Assembly (NCBI GenBank): GCA_046291735.1 | Contig: JBKBSK010000007.1 | Coordinates: 85,288 to 149,287, forward strand | Direction: 5' to 3' | DNA length: 64,000 bases | Origin: Candidatus Thermochlorobacter sp. | GTDB lineage: Bacteria > Bacteroidota > Chlorobiia > Chlorobiales > Thermochlorobacteraceae | In this document: positions 29,946-38,101 of the stretch, one piece after another | How the letters are laid out: each line of letters starts with the position of its first letter | Position numbering within the stretch: the stretch's first letter is position 1 | Translations under genes and position numbers: made by a program | The notes under the pieces: model-generated | What the model saw: the letters and a program-made list of their open reading frames with translations, nothing else | Database searches by the model: none | Told to the model about the DNA's origin: nothing

Positions 29946-30947
29946 ATGAAAACAAGAACAAGCGAACTCGGCTCGCAGGTTGCGCTAAGGTGGTACGCTG
30001 AGAAGCCTTTTGCATATAAGATCCGTGAAGAGTATCAGAAGCGAATGACGATTGGCTTCATACTTGGCGCATCGCTCTTTGCTGCTGCGATTTTATCCTA
30101 TTTCATCTCTGGAGCGCTGTCAGGAGGCGAAGTAATCGAAAAGCGCAAACCCGTAGTGATCAATGTTGCTGCTGATCCACCACCGCCACCATCTGAAGTA
30201 CAAAAACAAGATGTGGCTGAAGCAAGCACAGGTGGAGATATTGGCGGGGAATCTGTTGTAACTTCAAGCCAAGCGGCGGCAGTCTCCGAAGCGGTCTCAG
30301 CTGGCGTGGAAGCTGCCTTAGGTGAAGCGCTGGCGTCAGGATTACTGGCTGAAGCAAGTTCAGGTATTCCCACTGCAATGGAAGGTGCAACTGGCGATGC
30401 CGGATTTTTGGGCAGTACGTCGGCAGGCGGATTGAGAGGTTTGGGCTCAGCAGGAGTTGGAGGGCTTGGAAGCACTGGCCTCGGCGGTGGCGATGGTTCA
30501 GGTATCGGATTCGGTGGACAAGGTGCGGGTAGCGGATTGGGCGGACCCGGTAGTGCATCAGGATTAGGTGGCGGCGGCGGCAAGGGCTTAGGCGTGGGAC
30601 GATCAGGCAAACTGGCACTCAACACAAATTTTGCTAAACTTAATGTGGGCTCGGGCGGACGAAGCAAAGAAGAAATTGCGGCTGTCATCAAAGCTAATCA
30701 GCCCGCTGTGTACGCATGCTACGCCGAAGCCCGCCAAGCTGGCGACATCAAAGGTAATATGGTGATTCGCGTGCTCATTGCCCCAGACGGTGCCGTACGT
30801 GATGCACAAGTTGTCAAAACCTCTATCGCAAACCAGAACATGCAGAGATGTATCGTAGGAAAGATGCGCCGCATGAAGTTCAAAGCGATTAGTAGCGGTA
30901 CAATCCAGCAGGTCGATATTCCCTACGATTTCAGCGATGCAGAGTAA
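29946..30947 (+). CDS. TonB-like membrane-anchored protein with Gly/Ala/Ser-rich linker and AgmX/PglI-type two-Cys C-terminal domain
   Basis: One N-terminal TM, a short PPPPPPS, then about 130 aa of A/S/G low complexity (GLGSAGVGGLGSTGLGGGDGSGIGFGG...). The C-terminus is EEIAAVIKANQPAVYACYAEA..GDIKGNMVIRVLIAPDGAV..AQVV.TSI.NQNMQRCIVGKMRRMKF......QVDIPYDF. The domain call is from memory. Confidence 0.75.
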   Translation: MKTRTSELGSQVALRWYAEKPFAYKIREEYQKRMTIGFILGASLFAAAILSYFISGALSGGEVIEKRKPVVINVAADPPPPPSEVQKQDVAEASTGGDIGGESVVTSSQAAAVSEAVSAGVEAALGEALASGLLAEASSGIPTAMEGATGDAGFLGSTSAGGLRGLGSAGVGGLGSTGLGGGDGSGIGFGGQGAGSGLGGPGSASGLGGGGGKGLGVGRSGKLALNTNFAKLNVGSGGRSKEEIAAVIKANQPAVYACYAEARQAGDIKGNMVIRVLIAPDGAVRDAQVVKTSIANQNMQRCIVGKMRRMKFKAISSGTIQQVDIPYDFSDAE

Positions 30948-30977
30948 AAGAGAAGTATCATCCAGATATCCCAATCA

Positions 30978-31013
30978 ACAGGAAGGTAATCCTCTCTTGG
31001 AGAGCCTTCCTGT
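30978..31013 (+). other. interrupted 14-bp hairpin between the TonB-like gene and the giant gene
   Basis: Outer stem acaggaagg / ccttcctgt and inner stem ctctc / gagag, with a 5-nt bulge. Confidence 0.5.
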
Positions 31014-31066
31014 CATTGAAACAGCCATAACTGGAAAAAATTGCTAAGGCTAAATCCAAAGGCTAG

Positions 31067-34000
31067 ATGAGAAAATCGTGTCGTAACATAATTATGCTGC
31101 AAAAGTTGTATTTCTCTTGTCTTGCTGCACTCATGCTATTCTTCCCTCCCATAGCTGAATCAAAAGAGAAAAGCAAGGAGCCGATTGATACCGCTAGAGT
31201 AATGGCTGAACAAGAGCGGTTGGTGGTCCTTTCCAGTATGGTCCCAAGGAATTTTCTGACTGCAAAAACAGGTGATGCCGTCACTGACAACATTTTTTCT
31301 AGTTACACTGTCCCTCAAATCCAAGTGATGCTAAGCGAATACGAGAAAAAACTCGAGCGCAGCAAGGTCCAAAAACAACGTATCACGGATATCGGCTTGG
31401 AAATTGGGGAGCAATTTCTCAAGATATTTCCCGACAGCAAGGTAATCGACGAAGTGGCCATACGCTATGCAGACTTGCTCTATGAAAAAGTCTCGGATGA
31501 GTTCTATAGCAAATACGCCATATACACTGAAGAGCTGCGTAAGTACCTCAGCTCACCTGAATACGAGCAATATGTGATTGCAGAAGCGCGATACGATTCT
31601 ATTGCAGCCGCTGGAGGAGACACCATACGCAATCCACGACCGACACCACCACTGGGTCGACCAATTGCACCCGATCCACAGCTCGATCGCGTAATTGCCC
31701 TTTATGACAAAATCATCAACGATATGCCTGAAAGCCCGTATGTCGTTGATGCTATCTATAATAAAGCCTATATCTTGGGCGAGCGATATGGAGACTACCG
31801 TGCCCTAAGAAACCTCAGCGCACGCGACATTAGGCAACGCAAAGAGGAAGCGATTGCACTGCTTCAGCAACTGATACGTAAATACCCCGATAGCCGCTAC
31901 ACGACTGATGCCTATGTGCTCATCGGTGAGTATCTCTTCAGTGCGCCAAACCGAGAACAGCCTGCTAAAACGCGTGAAGCTATACCCTACTATCGAAAAG
32001 TGCTTGACCTAATTCTCAAAACTGGTCAGCGCTCTGAATACTACAATCAAGCACTCTACAAGTTAGGCTGGTGCTACTTCCGACTGGAAAATTATCCAGA
32101 AGCCGTTGCCTATTTTACTCAGCTCATTGAGGATATTGAGCAAGCTGAAGAAATCTTCAGCGGCAAAATTATGCCCGACTACATTCGCCCCGACATGAAA
32201 AAGGAAGCAATTGAGTACATTGCGGCTTCCTTTATAGAAGAACAAAATCGGATTGACCGAAGCAAAACCGCAATTGAGCGCATTGATAAATTCTACTCTG
32301 CGATGCCGCCACGTCGGTACATTCCCCTTGTCTATGAAGAAGTAGGCAAAAAGTATGAAGAACTGTTGGAAAGTGCAGAGAAGATCAACGAAGTTTGGAT
32401 GGCGCTGCTGAAAAGATTCCCTAATTATGAGCGCGCACCCTTCATTGCCGATAAGGTGATTTACCAACTTAACTTGGTGACGATAAACGGCGAAAAGAAA
32501 GAGAAAGAACTTGAAGAGGCTGAGCAGAAACTTTATGAAGAGAGAAAAAATCTTTTCTACAACTACGGCAGAAAGAGCAAATGGTATGCGGATATGAAAC
32601 GCCGTATCCAAGCGCAAAATCTGGGTATTCCGTTAGATTTCAAAGATCAAAGTGTATTCACGACAGGCTTCGACCCAAGAACATTAGAGTATGCAGACAG
32701 TATCTCTAAAGTTGCACTGTTCCAGAATATTGTCTATGCAATTAGCTTCGCACGGTTGCTCGATGGCGAGCTGCCACTGCCACTCGGAAGAGAGTATATG
32801 CAGCCGAATATTCCTGACTTGAAGCGTGCTAAGGTGTTCTATGAGCAAGCGGTAAAAGATATCGAAAATTACACGGAAATCTTCTCGCGCTACGACTCCA
32901 CTGCTTACATGGCGCAGTTCCAACGCTCCCTGATCTTGGATTTTAAGCTCAACCGTCCAAAAGAAGCGCTGCCAGGCTATCTTAGCGTCGCCAAAAACTT
33001 TGCGTGGGATTACCACCGAAAAGAAGCTATCGGAAACGCCTACGCTATCATTGATTCAATTGCACGCGCCGAAAAAATAGGCTTTTACACACCGGGCATT
33101 GATACCACTGCAAACTTCTCGGGCAAACGCGACTCACTGAAAACCGACGAAAAGACATTTTTGGAGATTGTCGATGCTTACATTCGTCTCTTCCCGCACG
33201 ATTCTATCAGCGTCAATGGAATCAAGCAACTGGCGGACTTCTACATTGCTAAAGGATATGTCGATGAGTATAAAGAAGTTAATTCGCGCTTAGCGCTCTA
33301 CTACCCCGTTCAGGAAATCTACCCGGGGACACTTGTCAATCTTGCCGCAAACGCATACGAACTTAAAGATTACACGCGAAGTGAGCAAATTGCAAAGGCG
33401 ATTTACTACGGACGACGCACAAAAGACCCCAAAGATGCAGAGCGACGTGCCTACGCCTACCGCTTGATCGGTAGTTCTATTGACAAGCGCGCACAGTATT
33501 ATGTCGGCAAAGAGAACTACTACGCCGCTGCAAAAGAATATGAGCGCATCACGAAAGAAGTGCCGAAGTGGGAAGAAGCAGACAAAGCCGCACGCAACGC
33601 TGCATTCTACTATGTTAAGGCGGGCAGGACTGAAGAGAGTGTCAAAATGAGTAACTACCTCTTTGAGAACGCAAACGACCCCAAGTTTAAAGTTGAAGCG
33701 CTCAAAGATATTACATTTGCCTATGAACAAGCTAAAAATTTCGATAGCCTTGGCTCATCGCTGGAGCGACTTTATGAATTTGTGAAAGCAGATTCTATAG
33801 ACCTTGCAGAAGACGCACTCTATCGCGCAATTCGCGCCAGAATGGCTGCAGAGAACTGGAAGGAAGCAATTCGCGTCTCCGATAAGTATCTTGGAAAATT
33901 TGATACCACACGCCGCGGTGATGATGTTGCCTTCAATAAAATTGACTTGAATATCAAAGATGGCAGACCAGAAGGAGTCTTCGAAGCCTATGGTGCATAT

Positions 34001-37000
34001 GCCGATAAATTTGTCAACAAACCTCGCAGCGTCTTAGCCTACTTCAAGCGCGGTGAAATTTTGGAAGAACGCGGCAATATCGAAGGTGCAAAAGCAGAAT
34101 TTACGAAAGCGACAGATCGCTACTATGAACTTGCCAAGAAAGATGAAAAAAATACGAAAGCAGTCGCAGGTATTTCAGCCAGCGAAAGCATGTTTCGTCT
34201 GACCAGATACTTGCTTGATGATTACAAGAAAGTCGGGGTTGGTGTAACCCTGAAGCCAAGTGCATTTGTTGCGCCACCAAAACCAAAGAAGCAACGCGAA
34301 CAGCCTACACGTATCACGGCTCCAAAGAAACAAACTACCGCAGCAAAGAAAAAGCCGGCTGCTAAACCAGTACCGCCGCCAAAACCGAAAGAGCGCGATG
34401 TGGCGTATGATACGACAGCGAAATATGCGCTGAGAAGAAAAATTGAAAAGAATATCCTTGAGCTCTATAAGCTCGGCGGCTATCGCTCTATCGACGCGCT
34501 CTACAACGCAGGATTTGTCGCCGAAAATCTGGCTGACGCATTTAGCAAAATTCCTGATACACTCGCCTCTATCCGAGATCCAAAAACCGGTAAAGGCATT
34601 ATCCCAGCAAAGCTAACCACCAATCAGGTGCAGGCTAATGTGGATGCCGCAGCCTTCTATGAGCGCGCAGGCAATGACTATGCGAAAACATTTTTAGATC
34701 TAAGTGCTGCAAGAGGAGAATTTGAGAAATCCGCAAAAGACCTTGACTCGGCTAAAAAAGCCTTGCTCAACCCGAATGATTCTGCGACAGTTGCGCTCCG
34801 CGAAGCCGTGGCAAGTATTGGTAAAGTAACTAACCGCGAGCAAGGAGAACTTGCAATTGCAAAGCTTGTGCCACCTACCGAAAAATGGATTTCAAAAGTC
34901 GGTATAAGCAACGGCTTGGATGTCCCCGACGATGTCTTCCTTGTAACAATTGATGCAACGACAGAGGTCGCAAAATCAAAAATTTCTGAAATGTACTACA
35001 AGGCAGGTAAGCTCGCCGAAAAAAATGTCTATACCTACCTTGCCGCAGAAGCCGATGAAGAAGCCAAGAAAACCTCTCGCACATTTGGAAGAGGGAAAAA
35101 CAAAATCGTGGTTGAACTCGGCGATGTGGTAGAACTCGTGCAACTCTCACAAATTGCACAGAGATTTGTCAGACCCGCTGCAGAAATCGCAATCAATACC
35201 TACCGACGCGGCATTGAAAAGGCAGAGAAATTAAAACTGCAAAATCAGTATGTTGATATGGCAAGGGCGGCAATCAACGAACTAGCTACGAAAGCCGTCG
35301 AACGCAGCGATTCACTTGCCAGAGCCTCCAATGCTTTGTTTGACAAGTTAGATAAGCAATACCGTGAAAAACTCGATAATTTGACAGGTCAGCCAAAAGC
35401 AAAGGATATTGTAGACTTTACAGTGCTGGCATCAAAGATGAACTTTATCATCAAAACGAATTATGAACTGACACTAAGCGCACTTGCTGAATATGGACAA
35501 GCCTTGCAATTGCTCAAAGATGCTAACGCACCGCAGAATCGATACAATGAAGTTGCCACGCGCGCCTCTCGCTTTATCTACGAAATGGGTGAAGGCAATC
35601 GTCAGCGCGCAGAAGTGCTGAAGAGAACGGTGAAACAATGGGATGAACTGTCCAAAGCCAACCCTGACAAGTTCTGGTACTCCGATTACGGCTCGATTAA
35701 GTATGAACCTATTGCGAATACCTATCAGCAAAGTGCAGGAGCAATTCTGGCGCAGGTCGTGGCACTGCTCGTAGACTTTGAAATTCAAGATGAATACACC
35801 AGCAAATCCTTACTCTCACTTGGCAAAATTGACCCAACGCTCTCCAAGATTATCGGTAAGAAAGGTGAAACTACAATTACCTCATCTGGTGGAAATGAGT
35901 GGAAAGTTATCGAACAAATTGAGCCGGGTAAAGAATACGACTGGTTCAGACGCGACTACAGCGATGCGGCTTGGAAACCAGTGGTAGAAAATGATGAAAC
36001 GCAGCGCTTTAAGTATTTCATCAGAGAAACCGACACAACCTTTGCCACCAAAGATTTAGATACGCCAGCAAGAGCTATCTGGTATGAACGCGTTGTGCCC
36101 GGTGCGCAACCAGCGCCAGAAAAGAAGGAAGAACCAAAGAAAGAAGAGCCTAAGAAAGAAGAACCAAAAGGCGAAGAAACTAAAAAGGAAGAACCAAAGA
36201 GCGAAGAACCAAAGAAAGAGGGTGAGCAACCTGCTGCTGAACCCAAAGCTGAGCCAAATTACCTCTCAGTGGGTGAGACGATACTCATGAACCTAACCTT
36301 CGAGCCCGGGAAGGCAAAAATCACAGGCGGCACAGAAGGACTCGATAGCCTTGTAGCAAAGTTCAAGGAAGACAAAAATCTCGTCATGGAAATTACCCCA
36401 AGCGTCGTCTTGGATAGTGGCAGCAAAGTCAAGCCAGCGGCATTGGCAAAGCAGCGCTATGACGCCATTGTTAAAGAACTCACCGCAAAAGGGGTCAAGA
36501 AAACACAGCTCAAGCAAGGTAAATCCACCACCGATACGGTAACGACCTTCAAGGTGACGAAGTCGAGCCGTAAGACCGGCATGCTGAACCTGATGCCAAG
36601 CAAAAACCTTGCACGAGTGAAAGTATCTGTCTTCATTGCTGAACAGCACTTCACGCAAAAAGGCAAGAAAAAAAGGTCAAAAGATGACGAACTTAAAGAA
36701 AAGGTTGAAGGAGCGGTGAGCGCAATCAGCGGCATTACAGTAGAAGTAAAAAATGCAGTCGTAACACTCTCGGGCGAAGTCGCTGATGAAGCCGCAAAAG
36801 CGAGTGCTGAAAGTGCCGCAGCAGGGGTGAAAGGCGTAAAAAGTGTAGTAAATAATCTGACCGTTAGACCACCTGTTGCACAAGGACCCGTGAAACCTGA
36901 GTACGTCTACTTCCGCAAAGAATTTACCTTTGAAGGAGCAAAAGAAGTAGCACAGCTCATCATGACAAACGAGTTCCCCTTCGACTCGCTTGAAGTCTAT

Positions 37001-37303
37001 GTAAATGATACGCAAGTGGGAGCAGACAAAATTGTCAAGTTCAAGAATGTCTCGCCTGCTGATTCACTCTTGGATGAGAAATTCATCGTGCTGAACATCT
37101 ACGATTTTGTAACGCCCGGAAAAAATCTGATAGCAATTCGCGCCCCGGGAACTCTACCGAAGGGTGCTGGACTGAAAATTGCACTCAACATCGCTTATTT
37201 CGAAGAAATTAAAGAAAGCGACCTCAAAGCGCTGATTCCAAAGCTCAAAGAGTATCGCAAGAAGACCGAAAAGAAACTCGAGAAAGTCGAAAATCCACAA
37301 TGA
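31067..37303 (+). CDS. giant secreted multidomain protein: TPR array + Lys/Pro spacers + OmpA-C-like + BON + jelly-roll-like module
   Basis: 2078-aa ORF with a signal peptide (..LMLFFPPIAES). BamD/YbgF-like TPR hairpins (KYPDSRYTTDAYVLIGEY, YNQALYKLGWCYFRLENYPEAVAYF). K/P spacer at nt 34271-34392 and KKEEP repeats at 36119-36256. Degenerate OmpA-C-like stretch at about 36290-36600. BON domain at about 36685-36870 (VEGAVSAISGITVEVKNAVVTLSGEV..GVKGVKSVVNNLTV). C-terminal YVYFRKEFTF..LEVYVNDTQVG..GKNLIAIRA. An alternative start is ATG 31094. Confidence 0.9.
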   Translation: MRKSCRNIIMLQKLYFSCLAALMLFFPPIAESKEKSKEPIDTARVMAEQERLVVLSSMVPRNFLTAKTGDAVTDNIFSSYTVPQIQVMLSEYEKKLERSKVQKQRITDIGLEIGEQFLKIFPDSKVIDEVAIRYADLLYEKVSDEFYSKYAIYTEELRKYLSSPEYEQYVIAEARYDSIAAAGGDTIRNPRPTPPLGRPIAPDPQLDRVIALYDKIINDMPESPYVVDAIYNKAYILGERYGDYRALRNLSARDIRQRKEEAIALLQQLIRKYPDSRYTTDAYVLIGEYLFSAPNREQPAKTREAIPYYRKVLDLILKTGQRSEYYNQALYKLGWCYFRLENYPEAVAYFTQLIEDIEQAEEIFSGKIMPDYIRPDMKKEAIEYIAASFIEEQNRIDRSKTAIERIDKFYSAMPPRRYIPLVYEEVGKKYEELLESAEKINEVWMALLKRFPNYERAPFIADKVIYQLNLVTINGEKKEKELEEAEQKLYEERKNLFYNYGRKSKWYADMKRRIQAQNLGIPLDFKDQSVFTTGFDPRTLEYADSISKVALFQNIVYAISFARLLDGELPLPLGREYMQPNIPDLKRAKVFYEQAVKDIENYTEIFSRYDSTAYMAQFQRSLILDFKLNRPKEALPGYLSVAKNFAWDYHRKEAIGNAYAIIDSIARAEKIGFYTPGIDTTANFSGKRDSLKTDEKTFLEIVDAYIRLFPHDSISVNGIKQLADFYIAKGYVDEYKEVNSRLALYYPVQEIYPGTLVNLAANAYELKDYTRSEQIAKAIYYGRRTKDPKDAERRAYAYRLIGSSIDKRAQYYVGKENYYAAAKEYERITKEVPKWEEADKAARNAAFYYVKAGRTEESVKMSNYLFENANDPKFKVEALKDITFAYEQAKNFDSLGSSLERLYEFVKADSIDLAEDALYRAIRARMAAENWKEAIRVSDKYLGKFDTTRRGDDVAFNKIDLNIKDGRPEGVFEAYGAYADKFVNKPRSVLAYFKRGEILEERGNIEGAKAEFTKATDRYYELAKKDEKNTKAVAGISASESMFRLTRYLLDDYKKVGVGVTLKPSAFVAPPKPKKQREQPTRITAPKKQTTAAKKKPAAKPVPPPKPKERDVAYDTTAKYALRRKIEKNILELYKLGGYRSIDALYNAGFVAENLADAFSKIPDTLASIRDPKTGKGIIPAKLTTNQVQANVDAAAFYERAGNDYAKTFLDLSAARGEFEKSAKDLDSAKKALLNPNDSATVALREAVASIGKVTNREQGELAIAKLVPPTEKWISKVGISNGLDVPDDVFLVTIDATTEVAKSKISEMYYKAGKLAEKNVYTYLAAEADEEAKKTSRTFGRGKNKIVVELGDVVELVQLSQIAQRFVRPAAEIAINTYRRGIEKAEKLKLQNQYVDMARAAINELATKAVERSDSLARASNALFDKLDKQYREKLDNLTGQPKAKDIVDFTVLASKMNFIIKTNYELTLSALAEYGQALQLLKDANAPQNRYNEVATRASRFIYEMGEGNRQRAEVLKRTVKQWDELSKANPDKFWYSDYGSIKYEPIANTYQQSAGAILAQVVALLVDFEIQDEYTSKSLLSLGKIDPTLSKIIGKKGETTITSSGGNEWKVIEQIEPGKEYDWFRRDYSDAAWKPVVENDETQRFKYFIRETDTTFATKDLDTPARAIWYERVVPGAQPAPEKKEEPKKEEPKKEEPKGEETKKEEPKSEEPKKEGEQPAAEPKAEPNYLSVGETILMNLTFEPGKAKITGGTEGLDSLVAKFKEDKNLVMEITPSVVLDSGSKVKPAALAKQRYDAIVKELTAKGVKKTQLKQGKSTTDTVTTFKVTKSSRKTGMLNLMPSKNLARVKVSVFIAEQHFTQKGKKKRSKDDELKEKVEGAVSAISGITVEVKNAVVTLSGEVADEAAKASAESAAAGVKGVKSVVNNLTVRPPVAQGPVKPEYVYFRKEFTFEGAKEVAQLIMTNEFPFDSLEVYVNDTQVGADKIVKFKNVSPADSLLDEKFIVLNIYDFVTPGKNLIAIRAPGTLPKGAGLKIALNIAYFEEIKESDLKALIPKLKEYRKKTEKKLEKVENPQ
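36119..36256 (+). repeat. imperfect 15-nt tandem coding repeats (KKEEP-type spacer)
   Basis: Encodes EKKEEPKKEEPKKEEPKGEETKKEEPKSEEPKKEGEQPAAEPKAEP inside the giant ORF. Confidence 0.85.
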
Positions 37304-37312
37304 AGGAGAAGT

Positions 37313-37684
37313 ATGATGCGTAAACCATTTTTGCTGGCTGCACTAATCGGACTGCTAACCTTGACACTGGGCTCGGAGGAAGTATGGGCTCAAAAGCGCC
37401 CTAAAAAGGAAAAACAAAAAAAGACCGCAACAACAGAACGAAAAGCGAAAGACGTAGAAAGCATCACGCTCGATAAAATTGATATTACTTTCCGCGTACA
37501 AACACCAAAAGTCAAGTTCAACATTGAGCGCATGCCAATTGATGTGAAAACGGATCATGCACGCTTCGGCGACATCAGCAAGGAAACACAACTGCGCGGC
37601 GAAAGAACGTTGTACAGCAACCGCATCTATGAAAAACCGATGCAGGTTTCCCCACGAGATATTGTTAATCGTGAACGAGAATAA
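37313..37684 (+). CDS. small secreted basic protein (123 aa), hypothetical
   Basis: GGAG SD 9 nt after the giant gene stop, and a signal peptide (..GSEEVWAQ). Lys-rich N-terminus. No motif recognised. Confidence 0.7.
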   Translation: MMRKPFLLAALIGLLTLTLGSEEVWAQKRPKKEKQKKTATTERKAKDVESITLDKIDITFRVQTPKVKFNIERMPIDVKTDHARFGDISKETQLRGERTLYSNRIYEKPMQVSPRDIVNRERE

Positions 37685-38101
37685 CTGTCCAACTCCTGAC
37701 AGATAGTGTTACAAGTTCAGAACCCCCTAAATGAAAAACTGAACCTCTTTGTATCTCCTGCAGAGATACATGTAAGTAGTGCAGATAAAGTTTTTCTGAA
37801 CACAGCTTCACGCTTTGAATTCTTGCTAGCCTGATTGCTTAGCCTCTCACATTTCACAATTACACCTTAGAAACATCTTAGAAGATCATGTCTGCTCTGC
37901 TGATGCTCAACCTCAATGAAAACAGCACCGCAGAACGGGCATTGCGCAACATTATCGACACAGTCCGTAAAGCACTTGCTTCTCACTGACAGCTTTGCAA
38001 CAGGGGCATGTGCGATGTGTCAGCGAGTGTATGTGCCGACACAGGTAAATGGAATTTTGATAGAGAGTTTTTGCGTTTAGGAAACGAAACTAAACGAGCT
38101 C

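Noticed and set aside
30098-30691. 197-aa (and overlapping 152-aa) Pro-rich ORFs on the minus strand
   Set aside because: They mirror the Gly-rich (GGN) coding region of the TonB-like gene, since GGN read antisense gives NCC (Pro). This is a low-complexity artefact.
36119-36256. Tandem repeats considered as a CRISPR or VNTR-like non-coding array
   Set aside because: The repeats are 15-nt units in frame inside a 6.2-kb ORF and encode a KKEEP spacer. No spacer/repeat alternation or cas genes occur anywhere in the window.
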